Assembly (NCBI GenBank): GCA_965215195.1
Contig: CBDCDC010000002.1
Location: 2,688,001 to 2,752,000 of the forward strand
Direction of reading: 5' to 3'
Origin: Candidatus Latescibacterota bacterium
GTDB lineage: Bacteria; Latescibacterota; UBA2968; UBA8231
DNA length: 64,000 nt
Within the stretch, counting starts at the first letter, position 1; every line of letters starts with the position of its first letter. The notes below the pieces were generated by a model, which saw nothing but the letters and a program-made list of their open reading frames with translations, ran no database searches and was not told the DNA's origin. Made by a program: the position numbers and the translations under genes. This document shows positions 45,550 to 55,131 of the stretch, piece after piece.

Positions 45550-46646
45550 GTCGTGCATTCCTTTGGCCAGCCTTGGGGCGGCAGTTGGGAGAGGCGGTTT
45601 TGGCGGTGGGACTCTTCAATGACGGCAATCTGGACGCGCACCTGTTGCGGCGTGATCTGGGGTTGGGCTTCTTCCCGCAGCACGGCGAATACGCCGTCGT
45701 AATAGGCGTTGGACATATAGGCAAACGAGTTTTGCTCGGCCTCGTTTGGAGTCCAGGACCGCTCGATCATTGCTAGCTCTTCGCGGCAATAGCTCGGGCC
45801 GGGCAGCGGACTGCGGATGAGGGTTTGCTTGGGGGCCGTTTGCGGATCGTAGTAGCGCCAAGTCAGCTCCGCAGGGCCGCCGGAAAGGCCGCCGCGCTCG
45901 CCGTGGACGGTGTACATGGGCTGCGGGAAGGGGGTACAGGAAGAGATCTCGATGTCGATGACGGGTTTGTCTTTGGTGCGCAACAGAATTTTGACGTAGT
46001 CCTCGGCATCGCCGGATGTGTTAGCGCGATCCATGGCGCAGAGGATTTGGTCCGGCATTTTGAAGTCGAGCAGACGCATGGCTTGGTCTATGGGATGCGG
46101 GCCGGTGTTGAGCAGATTGCCACCCCGGTATTCCTGTAGAGTCTGCCAGTCCCAGCGGCGGGCGAAACCGCTGAAGGAAATCGAGACTTGGACGATGCGG
46201 CCGAGGACGCCCGAATCAATGACTTGGAGCATCTTTTGGAATTGGGGCGCATTGCGCGACTGCTGAAAGGGCAGGAGCCAGCGGCCGGCCTTGTGGGCGG
46301 CCGCGATCATGGTGTCGAGTTCGGCCACGCTCCAGGCGAGGGGTTTTTCACAGATGGTGTGGTGGCCGGTGCTGAGGGAATCGATAGTGGCTTGAGGATG
46401 GAGATGGCTGGGCAGGGCGTTGACGACCAAGTCGATGTCGCCGCGGCCGAGGAGGTCGCGGTAGTCGGCGTAGGTATCGCAGCCCATTTCGCTTTCGGTG
46501 CGCTGGCGGCGGTCGTCAAGCAGGTCGGCGACCGCGACTATTTGGTACTTGTGCGGGGCGGTCTTGAAGTAGCGGCAGTGGATGTCGAGGCCGGAGCGGC
46601 CTTGGCCGAGCACGGCGACGCGGATGGGGTCTTTTTGGGTAGGCAA
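45546..46646 (-). CDS. Gfo/Idh/MocA family oxidoreductase
   Basis: VLGQGRSG, CEKP, GGNLLNTGPHPID; start approximate (TTG). Confidence 0.88.
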   Translation of the reverse strand: MPTQKDPIRVAVLGQGRSGLDIHCRYFKTAPHKYQIVAVADLLDDRRQRTESEMGCDTYADYRDLLGRGDIDLVVNALPSHLHPQATIDSLSTGHHTICEKPLAWSVAELDTMIAAAHKAGRWLLPFQQSRNAPQFQKMLQVIDSGVLGRIVQVSISFSGFARRWDWQTLQEYRGGNLLNTGPHPIDQAMRLLDFKMPDQILCAMDRANTSGDAEDYVKILLRTKDKPVIDIEISSCTPFPQPMYTVHGERGGLSGGPAELTWRYYDPQTAPKQTLIRSPLPGPSYCREELAMIERSWTPNEAEQNSFAYMSNAYYDGVFAVLREEAQPQITPQQVRVQIAVIEESHRQNRLSQLPPQGWPKECTT

Positions 46647-46787
46647 TGTGGGTAGCTTTGTGTAGAGATGGGCGTTTATGTTGGGGGTTGAGAGGGAAGG
46701 TGTCAAGGGTTTGTGAAGGGGGGTAGGGATGCGTAGTTTACCGTGGCAGCAGGGGTTCTTTAGTAAAAGAACAACAGAGGGAAAAGC

Positions 46788-47642
46788 ATGAATCACGTTC
46801 ATATCAGTGAGTTGGACCAAGAGGGCGCCCCGGTCTTTTCCTTTGCGAAGGTGCAGCGAGAGACGCCGTGGTTTGCATTCGACTATTGGGCATTGACACC
46901 AAGGGAAATGCGCTCGGTGGAAGGTATGGGAATAACTTGTGAACAGGGGTATGTGTTTGCGGGCGGGCCGGTGGAGTTGACTGTGCGGCAACAGCGAGTA
47001 GAAAGTGGAGAAGGAGCCGGTTTTATCGTCGAACCTACCGGGTGTGATCACGTGCTGAAAAACTTGACCGATACGTTTGTGCATGTGCTGCGCGTACGCG
47101 TTGCGATGGGGGGTTGGCGACCTGGTATTGGGCCAGTGCAAGTGCTGCGCCGGCGCGTTGCGAGGGACGTGGCTTCACGGGCGCAGCAACACCTTTGGGG
47201 CGTCGAAATAGAGGCAACGCCAGATGTGGTGCCCAAGGCCGGTACCTTTGACGCGCACAAGCTAACGTGGCGCGATGCAATCCACGGCGGCTGTGGGCAG
47301 ATCGCCACCCGGCACGTGCTCTCGCCCGATGACTTCTACAGCGACTGGACCTTTCTCGACCACGCGATCCTCGGCGCGGGGGGATCGGTGGGGTATCACT
47401 ATCACGACTTTCTCGAAGAGAGCTTTGTGGTGCTGAGAGGACGAGGGCTGATGACGATTGCCGACGAAACCTTTGCGGTGAGGCCGGGATCGGTGACTTG
47501 GCAGGGCGTTAGGCAGGGGCACGGCATGTACAATCCCGGGCCGGAGAATCTGGAGTTTGTGCGCATCGCCGTGAAACAAGCAGACAAAGAGTACACTACC
47601 ATTGACCTGCACGACGATTTGTCGGCGCGGCGACCGGGGTGA
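46788..47642 (+). CDS. Cupin-domain protein (bicupin-like)
   Basis: HYH..EESFVVLRGRG, HGMYN. Confidence 0.8.
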   Translation: MNHVHISELDQEGAPVFSFAKVQRETPWFAFDYWALTPREMRSVEGMGITCEQGYVFAGGPVELTVRQQRVESGEGAGFIVEPTGCDHVLKNLTDTFVHVLRVRVAMGGWRPGIGPVQVLRRRVARDVASRAQQHLWGVEIEATPDVVPKAGTFDAHKLTWRDAIHGGCGQIATRHVLSPDDFYSDWTFLDHAILGAGGSVGYHYHDFLEESFVVLRGRGLMTIADETFAVRPGSVTWQGVRQGHGMYNPGPENLEFVRIAVKQADKEYTTIDLHDDLSARRPG

Positions 47643-47686
47643 GCAATACTTCAGGAGAGTGATCTGTTTCTGGCTCAGGCCAAGGA

Positions 47687-47716
47687 TTGAAAATAATAAC
47701 CTTAAAGTTATATTGT
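47687..47716 (+). promoter_or_regulatory. TA promoter with palindromic operator
   Basis: TTGAAA-18 nt-TATTGT overlapping ATAAC-CTTAAA-GTTAT. Confidence 0.6.
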
Positions 47717-47717
47717 A

Positions 47718-48068
47718 GTGACTTGGGCTGTTGGTTTTGCAGAGGAATTCAAGGTCGAATTCGATGCTTTTTCGGCGTCGATTCAGGACGAACTGTTGCT
47801 GCATGCGCGGTTGTTGGAAGAGTTTGGCCCGCAGCTTGGTCGGCCGCACGTAGATACACTGAACGGATCGGATTACGCCAATATGAAGGAGTTGCGGTTC
47901 AAAGCCGATGGCGGGGTTTGGCGAGTTGCCTTCGCCTTCGATCCGAAGCGGAATGCCATCTTGCTGGTCGCCGGTGACAAGAGCGGTACCAATCCAGCGC
48001 GATTCTATAAGCGTCTTATCGAGAAGGCGGACGGGCGTTACAAGGCGCACTTGAAACGGATGGAATAA
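47718..48068 (+). CDS. higB: RelE/HigB (Gp49-like) toxin
   Basis: GPQLGRPHVDTLNGS..NMKELR, FAFDPKRNAILLVAGDKSG. Confidence 0.9.
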   Translation: MTWAVGFAEEFKVEFDAFSASIQDELLLHARLLEEFGPQLGRPHVDTLNGSDYANMKELRFKADGGVWRVAFAFDPKRNAILLVAGDKSGTNPARFYKRLIEKADGRYKAHLKRME

Positions 48069-48071
48069 TAC

Positions 48072-48398
48072 ATGATGGTCACACTCAAAGAAGTTCTCGA
48101 CGCTCTGCCACCCAGTCGGCGTGAGGAGATCGACCGTCGATATGAGGAGTTGCTCAATGAGGTCGAGTCGCTCAAGGAGCTGCGACGGCTGTCAAAACTG
48201 TCTCAAGCCAAGATGGCCGAGGTGCTAAAGATCAGCCAGCCCGCTGTCTCCAAGATCGAAAAGCAGACGGATATGTATCTTTCCACTCTGCGCGGCTATG
48301 TGGAGGCCATGGGCGGCGAGATGGATATCGTCATTCGCCTGCCCAACCGAGGGCCGGTGAAGGTGAGATCGCTGGAGGCCATGACTGATAGTACCTAA
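48072..48398 (+). CDS. higA: XRE-HTH antitoxin (HigA-like)
   Basis: LSQAKMAEVLKISQPAVSKIEKQTDMYLSTLR. Confidence 0.9.
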   Translation: MMVTLKEVLDALPPSRREEIDRRYEELLNEVESLKELRRLSKLSQAKMAEVLKISQPAVSKIEKQTDMYLSTLRGYVEAMGGEMDIVIRLPNRGPVKVRSLEAMTDST

Positions 48399-48451
48399 AA
48401 TTACGCACCATAGGCCAGATCAGTCCTTTCTCGCCAAAGGAGGCGTTTGCA

Positions 48452-49438
48452 ATGGCAGCAAAAAGCATGGACCAAACCAATACAGCACAGCGCATGGCCG
48501 AGGCCGCCGGCAACTTCCTCGCATCACTGGACGAGGCCGGGCGGCAGAAGGCGGTGATCGACTTTGCCGACAGCACCGAGCGCGAAAACTGGCACTACGT
48601 ACCGCGGGAGCGCGCTGGACTGCCGCTAAAGGAAATGGACGAGCGACAGCGCGAGTTAGCGCACGCGCTGGTAGTGACCGGAGTCAGCGCGTCGGGGTAC
48701 GAAAAAGTCTCGACGATCATTTCGCTGGAGCCGATACTGGCCGAGCTAGAAGGAGCGGGGCGGCGCTTCCCGCGCGACCCCGAGCTGTACTACGTGAGTA
48801 TTTTCGGCGAGATAGGTGGAGACGCGCCCTGGGGCTGGCGCTTTGAGGGCCATCACGTCTCGCTCAACCACACGGTAGTACAAGGTCGGATGCTGGGATC
48901 GACGCCGCTGTTTTTTGGCTCAAATCCCGCCGAAGTGCGCCACGGCGAGCGAGCTGGGTTGCGGGCTTTGCGGGAGGAGGAAGATCTGGGGCGGCAGCTT
49001 TTGCACGAGTTGGATGGCGAGCAGAAAGCAGTGGCCGTCGTCAATGCGGAGGCACCGCGAGACATCCTCACAACCAATGTGCCCCACGTGCGCGGCGAGG
49101 TTGCGCCGGAGGGCTTGGGCAGCGCGGACATGAGCGCAGCGCAGCGCCAAATTCTGGACGCCTTGATCGAAGTGTACGTACGGCGCTTGCCCGAAGCGGT
49201 GGCCGAAGCCGAATGGGCGCGCCTCGGAGCAGCAGATTTACGGGCCGCGCACTTTGCTTGGGCTGGCGCAGAGGAACGAGGGGGACCGCACTACTACCGG
49301 GTGCAGGGGCCGAGTTTCCTAGCCGAGTACGACAACACCCAAAACGACGCCAACCACATCCACGCGGTTTGGCGCGACCTGCACAACGATTTCGGCGAGG
49401 ATATGCTCAGGCGACACTATCGGCAGAACCATAGATAA
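48452..49438 (+). CDS. DUF3500 domain protein
   Basis: WHYVP..R.GL, WGWRFEGHHVSLN, YYRVQGP, NHIHAVWRD. Confidence 0.88.
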   Translation: MAAKSMDQTNTAQRMAEAAGNFLASLDEAGRQKAVIDFADSTERENWHYVPRERAGLPLKEMDERQRELAHALVVTGVSASGYEKVSTIISLEPILAELEGAGRRFPRDPELYYVSIFGEIGGDAPWGWRFEGHHVSLNHTVVQGRMLGSTPLFFGSNPAEVRHGERAGLRALREEEDLGRQLLHELDGEQKAVAVVNAEAPRDILTTNVPHVRGEVAPEGLGSADMSAAQRQILDALIEVYVRRLPEAVAEAEWARLGAADLRAAHFAWAGAEERGGPHYYRVQGPSFLAEYDNTQNDANHIHAVWRDLHNDFGEDMLRRHYRQNHR

Positions 49439-49454
49439 TTGTAGGAATTGCGAA

Positions 49455-51617
49455 TTGAGCAATGAACCAATTCCCAATGCTCTTGGAGAGCATTTTTTGA
49501 CCCTTACGGCCGCCTTAGGTTTACGCGCTGCGTTCTACGAACAATTGCACTGCCGCTACCAGCGCCGCGAGTTCGACAACTGGCAGGTCTGGGGCGGCAA
49601 CCTGACCATTGAAATCGACGGCCGGGTTTGCGAGCCGCCCCTCGCTAGGGCCTACATCAAACCCGGCAAAACAGCGGCCCGCGCCCGAGTGCGCTGCGAG
49701 CTTTTTGTCGCAACAGTTGATCCGCACCAAGTCCAGCCAAGGGATGTAGATGCGCGGCTGTGGACCGATGCCAGTGGGACCAACGCGTACGTAGAGATGC
49801 GGCTGCTTATAGACGAGGAAGGCGATCCCATCCTCGCCGACAACAACCTCGTCTTTGAGTCAGCAGCTTTTGCGCTTGAGCGCACCGGGGCCTTCAACTA
49901 CGCGGTGGAGTTTTCCGCCGACAGCTACGCCGAGGCCGGGCGCAAGGAATGGATCAGCCTCAACGATTTGGCCGAAAACCGCGATGGGATCATCGTCGTC
50001 AGCCCGGACTGGGTGTGCAAGGGGCCGACGGTCGCCGAAGTGTGTGTTCGCAAGGTCGGTGCGTGTGTAGCAGAGGGCCGCTTCCGCTCCGGTAGGATCG
50101 CCGACCTGACGCGGCATTTAGATGCCATTCCGGCCGATGTGATCTACCTACTGCCCTTCTTCCGCCTTGGTTTTGCGGACCTGCACACTGGCGAGGACGT
50201 GCGCAAGGGCACCCTCGGCAGCGTCTATGCGGTACAGGACTTTTTTCAGGTCGATCCCGCGCTGGTTTCGTCAGCCGAAGAAGTGGATTGGGGGGAACTG
50301 GTGGCGGAGGGTCTCGTGCTCCCAAGCGAGATGGAAGGTTTCGCCGGATTGTCGGCCGCCGCCGCGGAAAAAGCACTCGGCCGCCAAGCCTTCGTCCAGC
50401 TCGTCGGCCGCGCCGAGTTACGCGCTCTCACCCGGCGGGCGCACGCCCTCGGCAAGAAGGTCATCTTCGACTTGGTCCTGATGCAGAGCAGCCGCGACTG
50501 CCCGCTAATTGCCGAACATCCCGAATGGTATCTGCGCGATGAACGCGGTGTGCCGCAAATCCACCAGATCGCTTGGCTGGTCTATTCGGACGTGGCGCTC
50601 TTCGACTTGATCGACAATCAGTCGTTGCAGGAGTACCTGCTGGAGATTGCCCCGTATTGGATTGAGCAATGCGGGTTCGACGGAGTGCGGATCGACGCCA
50701 GCCAGACCATTGATCGGCCCTTCCTCAAAAAGCTCAAGAACCGCATTCAAGCTGCCGCGCCCGACGCCCTCGTGCTGGGCGAAACCCTGTGTCCGCTGAC
50801 CGAGGCCGTGGACGTCCCGGCCGATGCGATCTACGCGCTCTTGGTTGACTTTCACCGCGACGTCGAATACGCCCAGCCCCTCATCGATTTCCTAGAGGAG
50901 ATGAATCGGACCTTCGCATCGGGCACCGTGGCCATGGCCTACTTTGAAAATCACGACAGCCCGCGCGCCACCCAAGTGTGGCACGAGCGGTTCGAGGAAC
51001 TTTTGCGCTGCGACGAGCAGGCGCGGTCCCACTGGCAGGGCCTCATCTGTCCCATCCAGCCGGATCTGGGAAATCGGGCGTTGCTGATGGCATTGCTCAA
51101 GAACTTGCAGGCCGCCCTGATCGACTGTTCGGCTGGCTCGGCCTCTAAGTGCAATCTGACGCGAGGTTTGGAGCTGGGCAGCGAGTGGGGCGAGGAAACG
51201 CGCACTGACTTTGAAAACGAGACTCTCCTGCATTTCGACTGGGCCGAGCGCGAGCCACACGCCAGCCTAGCGAGGGCCTACGGACGTCTCTTCGCCCTGC
51301 AAAAGGAGTGGCCGGAATTTTGCGCCGGGGAGATTTACTTCCACCGCAACGAATTCGCGGGCGGCGACCCAGACGACCGCATCCTAACTTACGTGCGCTA
51401 TACCGAGCAGCGCGCGCTTTTGGTGGCGCACAACTTCGATCCGCGCACCGTGCGGCGGGCGTCCTACCGCTTCGATTACCTGCCGCAGCCGCCGACATCG
51501 CGCCAAAAGTGCTTCGACACGTACGAGGCCCTTGCGATTGAGGCTATATCTGCCAGTGAGGAGATCGCGGAGGTCAGCCTCATGCCGCTACAGACGCAGG
51601 TGTGGCGACTTTACTGA
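49455..51617 (+). CDS. GH13 alpha-amylase-family protein
   Basis: GSVYAVQD, DGVRIDAS, LGET, FENHD. Confidence 0.8.
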   Translation: MSNEPIPNALGEHFLTLTAALGLRAAFYEQLHCRYQRREFDNWQVWGGNLTIEIDGRVCEPPLARAYIKPGKTAARARVRCELFVATVDPHQVQPRDVDARLWTDASGTNAYVEMRLLIDEEGDPILADNNLVFESAAFALERTGAFNYAVEFSADSYAEAGRKEWISLNDLAENRDGIIVVSPDWVCKGPTVAEVCVRKVGACVAEGRFRSGRIADLTRHLDAIPADVIYLLPFFRLGFADLHTGEDVRKGTLGSVYAVQDFFQVDPALVSSAEEVDWGELVAEGLVLPSEMEGFAGLSAAAAEKALGRQAFVQLVGRAELRALTRRAHALGKKVIFDLVLMQSSRDCPLIAEHPEWYLRDERGVPQIHQIAWLVYSDVALFDLIDNQSLQEYLLEIAPYWIEQCGFDGVRIDASQTIDRPFLKKLKNRIQAAAPDALVLGETLCPLTEAVDVPADAIYALLVDFHRDVEYAQPLIDFLEEMNRTFASGTVAMAYFENHDSPRATQVWHERFEELLRCDEQARSHWQGLICPIQPDLGNRALLMALLKNLQAALIDCSAGSASKCNLTRGLELGSEWGEETRTDFENETLLHFDWAEREPHASLARAYGRLFALQKEWPEFCAGEIYFHRNEFAGGDPDDRILTYVRYTEQRALLVAHNFDPRTVRRASYRFDYLPQPPTSRQKCFDTYEALAIEAISASEEIAEVSLMPLQTQVWRLY

Positions 51618-51640
51618 ACCCAAACAAGAGGAGTACGAAC

Positions 51641-52447
51641 ATGGCAAAAATAGGCGCGATTCACTACAACTGGCCCGGCTGCGACTTAGAAGGCTTTGCC
51701 CGGCGGGCCAGCGAAATCGGCTACCAGTACTGCGAATTGCAGATCGGCGATATCTGGGATGGCGCGTCCAAAAACGGCGAGCAGACGGCCGAGGCCACGC
51801 GCGAGTTATTGGCCAAATACGGGATGCAAACCTCGGCCGTAGCGGCTGGCAACGACTTCCTGCAAGCGGACCGCCGCGACTTGGACGCGCAAATCGAGCG
51901 CTACCGCTACGTCTGCCAGATCATCCCCCTAACCGGCACCGACATTGTGCGCTCGGACGGCGGCTGGAACCGCAACGGCGACGTGCCGGAAGACCAGTGG
52001 GACGCCATGTTATTGGAGGCGTTCAAACGCTGCGCTGACTTTCTGGAGGAGTACAACGTGCGGATCGCCCTCGACAATCACGGGCTTTCCACTAACGACG
52101 GCGCCTGGCAGTTAAGCCTGATCGAGCGCGTTGGCTCGGCTCGGCTCGGCGTCAACCTCGATACCATGAACTACCGTTGGTTCGGGCACGAGTTGGACCA
52201 AATCGACCGTTTCTACGAGATTTTGGCACCGCACGTTTTTCACACCCACCTCAAGGACGGAACCGGCTCGCAGCAGAATTACAAGGGGGCGGCCTTGGGC
52301 GAGGGAGAAATCCACCTCGCCCACGCGGTCGAATGCCTCAAGGCGGCTGGGTACGACGGGGCTTGGACGGCTGAATACGAGGGGCCGGAGACCGAGGGAC
52401 AGGTGGGATACGAAAAGTGCTATCAGTGGCTGGTGGAGAACGTCTGA
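51641..52447 (+). CDS. Sugar phosphate isomerase/epimerase (TIM barrel)
   Basis: DNHG, NLDTMN, HTHLKD, GEGEI, EYE; GAGGAG RBS. Confidence 0.88.
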   Translation: MAKIGAIHYNWPGCDLEGFARRASEIGYQYCELQIGDIWDGASKNGEQTAEATRELLAKYGMQTSAVAAGNDFLQADRRDLDAQIERYRYVCQIIPLTGTDIVRSDGGWNRNGDVPEDQWDAMLLEAFKRCADFLEEYNVRIALDNHGLSTNDGAWQLSLIERVGSARLGVNLDTMNYRWFGHELDQIDRFYEILAPHVFHTHLKDGTGSQQNYKGAALGEGEIHLAHAVECLKAAGYDGAWTAEYEGPETEGQVGYEKCYQWLVENV

Positions 52448-52459
52448 TTTCGTTTGAGA

Positions 52460-53257
52460 CTACGACCCCGTACCTTGATACGACCTGATCCCTAGCTTCC
52501 AAAACTGGTAGGTGGCCGCAAACAGCAGGGCCGCTACCAGCGGCGAGAATGTGCCCCAATGACCGTCGGCCTCGCTCTTGCCCAACAAGTACAGGGCCGG
52601 GTAATAAGCGACAAACGCATAGGGGACGATAAAGGTGAGAAACCCCTTAAGATACGGTCCGTATATGCTGAGTGGATACCGCGTCAATTCGTACAGGCCG
52701 ATTACGAGGTTGCACAGGGCGTTGGTGCGCGTAACCCAAAAGGACATTGCGCCGAAGAAGAACATGATGGAGAACCAAATCAGGTTCCCCGAGACGATGA
52801 ACACAACCACCAACAGAACCTTGAAAACATCCCACTGCATATTGACGACCCCGCTTGCGACCACCAGATAGAAGATGCCGATTATTAGGTTGCCCAAACC
52901 GAGGGGCGTATAGCGGCGGGCCACCATATAAAAAAGCGTGTTGACCGGCAGGCACAGTAGCTGATCGAACGTACCATCCCTTATAAACTCTTCCATGTAA
53001 ATGACGCTATTGGTGAAAGCGTGGTGAAAACTCATGCCGATTATGGAAAGTGCGTAGAGAAAGAATAACTCCGGGAATGTCCACCCCGCGATCTCGTCCA
53101 CATGGGTAAAAACGATCCCGATCGTCGCCAAGCCAGCGGCGGTCGTGGCGACCATGGAGACGAAAGAGAGCCAAAAGTTGGCCTTGTATTCCAACATGCT
53201 CTTCAGGTGGCTTACGAAGAGAAAGCCGTACAAGGCCGCATACCTACGCACGCTCAA
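52460..53257 (-). CDS. ABC-2 type permease (ABC2_membrane_6)
   Basis: IRDGTFDQLLCLPVN, RYPLSIY, YQGTGS. Confidence 0.88.
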   Translation of the reverse strand: MSVRRYAALYGFLFVSHLKSMLEYKANFWLSFVSMVATTAAGLATIGIVFTHVDEIAGWTFPELFFLYALSIIGMSFHHAFTNSVIYMEEFIRDGTFDQLLCLPVNTLFYMVARRYTPLGLGNLIIGIFYLVVASGVVNMQWDVFKVLLVVVFIVSGNLIWFSIMFFFGAMSFWVTRTNALCNLVIGLYELTRYPLSIYGPYLKGFLTFIVPYAFVAYYPALYLLGKSEADGHWGTFSPLVAALLFAATYQFWKLGIRSYQGTGS

Positions 53258-54093
53258 CCTCCCAAGATGACGATCTTACGCAGTGCCTTCTTCCACAGCA
53301 ACTGTGACACGCCCAGCACCACCAAAACCCACACCAACTGCTCAGTTATCAGCAGCAACTCGTAGCTCGGCACGTGAGCAAGCAACCAGTCGTAGAGGGC
53401 ACTCTCTTGGGGCTTTATCCCGAGACAGATGGCGAGCGGGGTATAAAAACATCCCTTGAACGGCATGACGGCCAGCACGTCCCGCAGGAACGCGGGATAA
53501 AAATCCAGTGGCATAATCCCCCCAGCGCAAAACGCCATGAACACGTTTTTGAACATGTTGACGCCATAGGTCTGCATTATCCAGAACGCGACGCTACCCA
53601 AAGACAGGTCAATCAAGAAGTACGTCACAAATCCCAGCACACAGCTAAGAACCGCCAGCAGTAGGCGCGTTGGATCGAACGGGACGGATATGTCCAAGAC
53701 GTAGCCAAAGAGAATGAACACCGGCACTCCTTTGAACAACAGGTTGAATACCGCCTGCCCAACCGCAGTATATAGAACCACAAGTTGATAGCTAATGGGC
53801 TTGGTCAACTCGACGGCGATGTCGCCCTCATAGACCTTATCGCCGATCATCACGTTCACGTCTTGTCGCACGATAAAGCCGATGATCGTCGAGACCAACG
53901 TATAGGCTACCATCGAGGCGAGCGATATACCTTCTATTTCCGCTTTGCCGGCGTAAATCGCTTGCCACAGGTAGTAAAACGACAGCAAATATACGCAACT
54001 CGCAGACACGTCTGACAGGAACTGAATTCTATACGTCAGCCCTTCTTGGAACGTTACCTTTACAACCCCTACAAAGCGGCCCATATAGCTCAT
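53254..54093 (-). CDS. ABC-2 type permease (ABC2_membrane_6)
   Basis: GDIAVELTKP, MPLDFYP, ILGG end. Confidence 0.88.
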   Translation of the reverse strand: MSYMGRFVGVVKVTFQEGLTYRIQFLSDVSASCVYLLSFYYLWQAIYAGKAEIEGISLASMVAYTLVSTIIGFIVRQDVNVMIGDKVYEGDIAVELTKPISYQLVVLYTAVGQAVFNLLFKGVPVFILFGYVLDISVPFDPTRLLLAVLSCVLGFVTYFLIDLSLGSVAFWIMQTYGVNMFKNVFMAFCAGGIMPLDFYPAFLRDVLAVMPFKGCFYTPLAICLGIKPQESALYDWLLAHVPSYELLLITEQLVWVLVVLGVSQLLWKKALRKIVILGG

Positions 54094-55082
54094 GCACCTG
54101 TGGGTTCTCGTCGGTACAGGCTTTTGACGATGGTGCCGATCGCCTGCTCCTGTATGACGAGATCCCGCACTTCGTTGTGTGTGGCTATCTCAGTGATCAA
54201 CCGGGTCGTCGATAGCTGGTCGCCGTCAAACTCTATTTCCAACTTATTGCCTTTGCTTTTGACGACGGCCATGTCACTCAAGCCGTCGAGATGCTGCGGG
54301 GGATGGGCTAGCTCCAAAGTCATAATCCGCGTCTTGCCATAGATGTTTTTGAGCTTTTCAAGGCTGCCGTCAAACAGCATCTGGCCTTTGTCGATGACGA
54401 TAATCCGCTCACACAATTTTTCCACATCCTCCAAGTCATGGCTGGTAAGTATGATGGAGACGCCATGCTCGCGGTTCATGTGGACGAAGAAGTCGCGGAT
54501 GTTTTCCTTGACCACGATATCCAAGCCGATCGTCGGCTCGTCGAGATAGACTATCGGGGGCTTGTGCAGCAGGGAGAGGGCGATGTTGCACAACATTTTC
54601 TGCCCCAAGCTCAAGCTGCGGGCGTTTTTCCTCAATAAGCCGCCAAGGTTCAAAATGGACTCAAACAGCGCCATCTGCTGTTGATAGAGCACGTTGGACA
54701 GGCCGTAGAGCCTGCGGTGGAGTTCAAACGACTCAATGACGGGCAGGTCCCAACGCAATTGCGAACGCTGGCCGAACACCACGCCAATGTTACGCGCATT
54801 CTCGATGCGTTGCTCGTAGGGTTCGATTCCCAAGACATCGATGCGGCCGGCCGAGGGCGTGAGAATGCCGGTCAGCAGCTTTATCGTCGTCGATTTGCCA
54901 GCACCGTTGGGGCCTAAGTACGCGACGATTTCGCCGGCCTCGATAGCGAAATTTAGATTTTGGACGGCGTGTATAGCTGAAGTCCGCGGCCAGAATAGGC
55001 TTTTGAAGGCTCCCTTTAGGCCCGGATCTTTTAGGGGGATTTTATAGGACTTGGATAGGTTACTCACCTTGATGATCGACAT
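54090..55082 (-). CDS. ABC exporter ATP-binding protein
   Basis: GPNGAGKST, LSLGQKM, YLDEPTIGLD. Confidence 0.93.
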   Translation of the reverse strand: MSIIKVSNLSKSYKIPLKDPGLKGAFKSLFWPRTSAIHAVQNLNFAIEAGEIVAYLGPNGAGKSTTIKLLTGILTPSAGRIDVLGIEPYEQRIENARNIGVVFGQRSQLRWDLPVIESFELHRRLYGLSNVLYQQQMALFESILNLGGLLRKNARSLSLGQKMLCNIALSLLHKPPIVYLDEPTIGLDIVVKENIRDFFVHMNREHGVSIILTSHDLEDVEKLCERIIVIDKGQMLFDGSLEKLKNIYGKTRIMTLELAHPPQHLDGLSDMAVVKSKGNKLEIEFDGDQLSTTRLITEIATHNEVRDLVIQEQAIGTIVKSLYRREPTGA

Positions 55083-55131
55083 TTCCCTCTCTTTTCTGGA
55101 AGTGGGAAACTTGAAAAGCGAGTAGCGCGGT

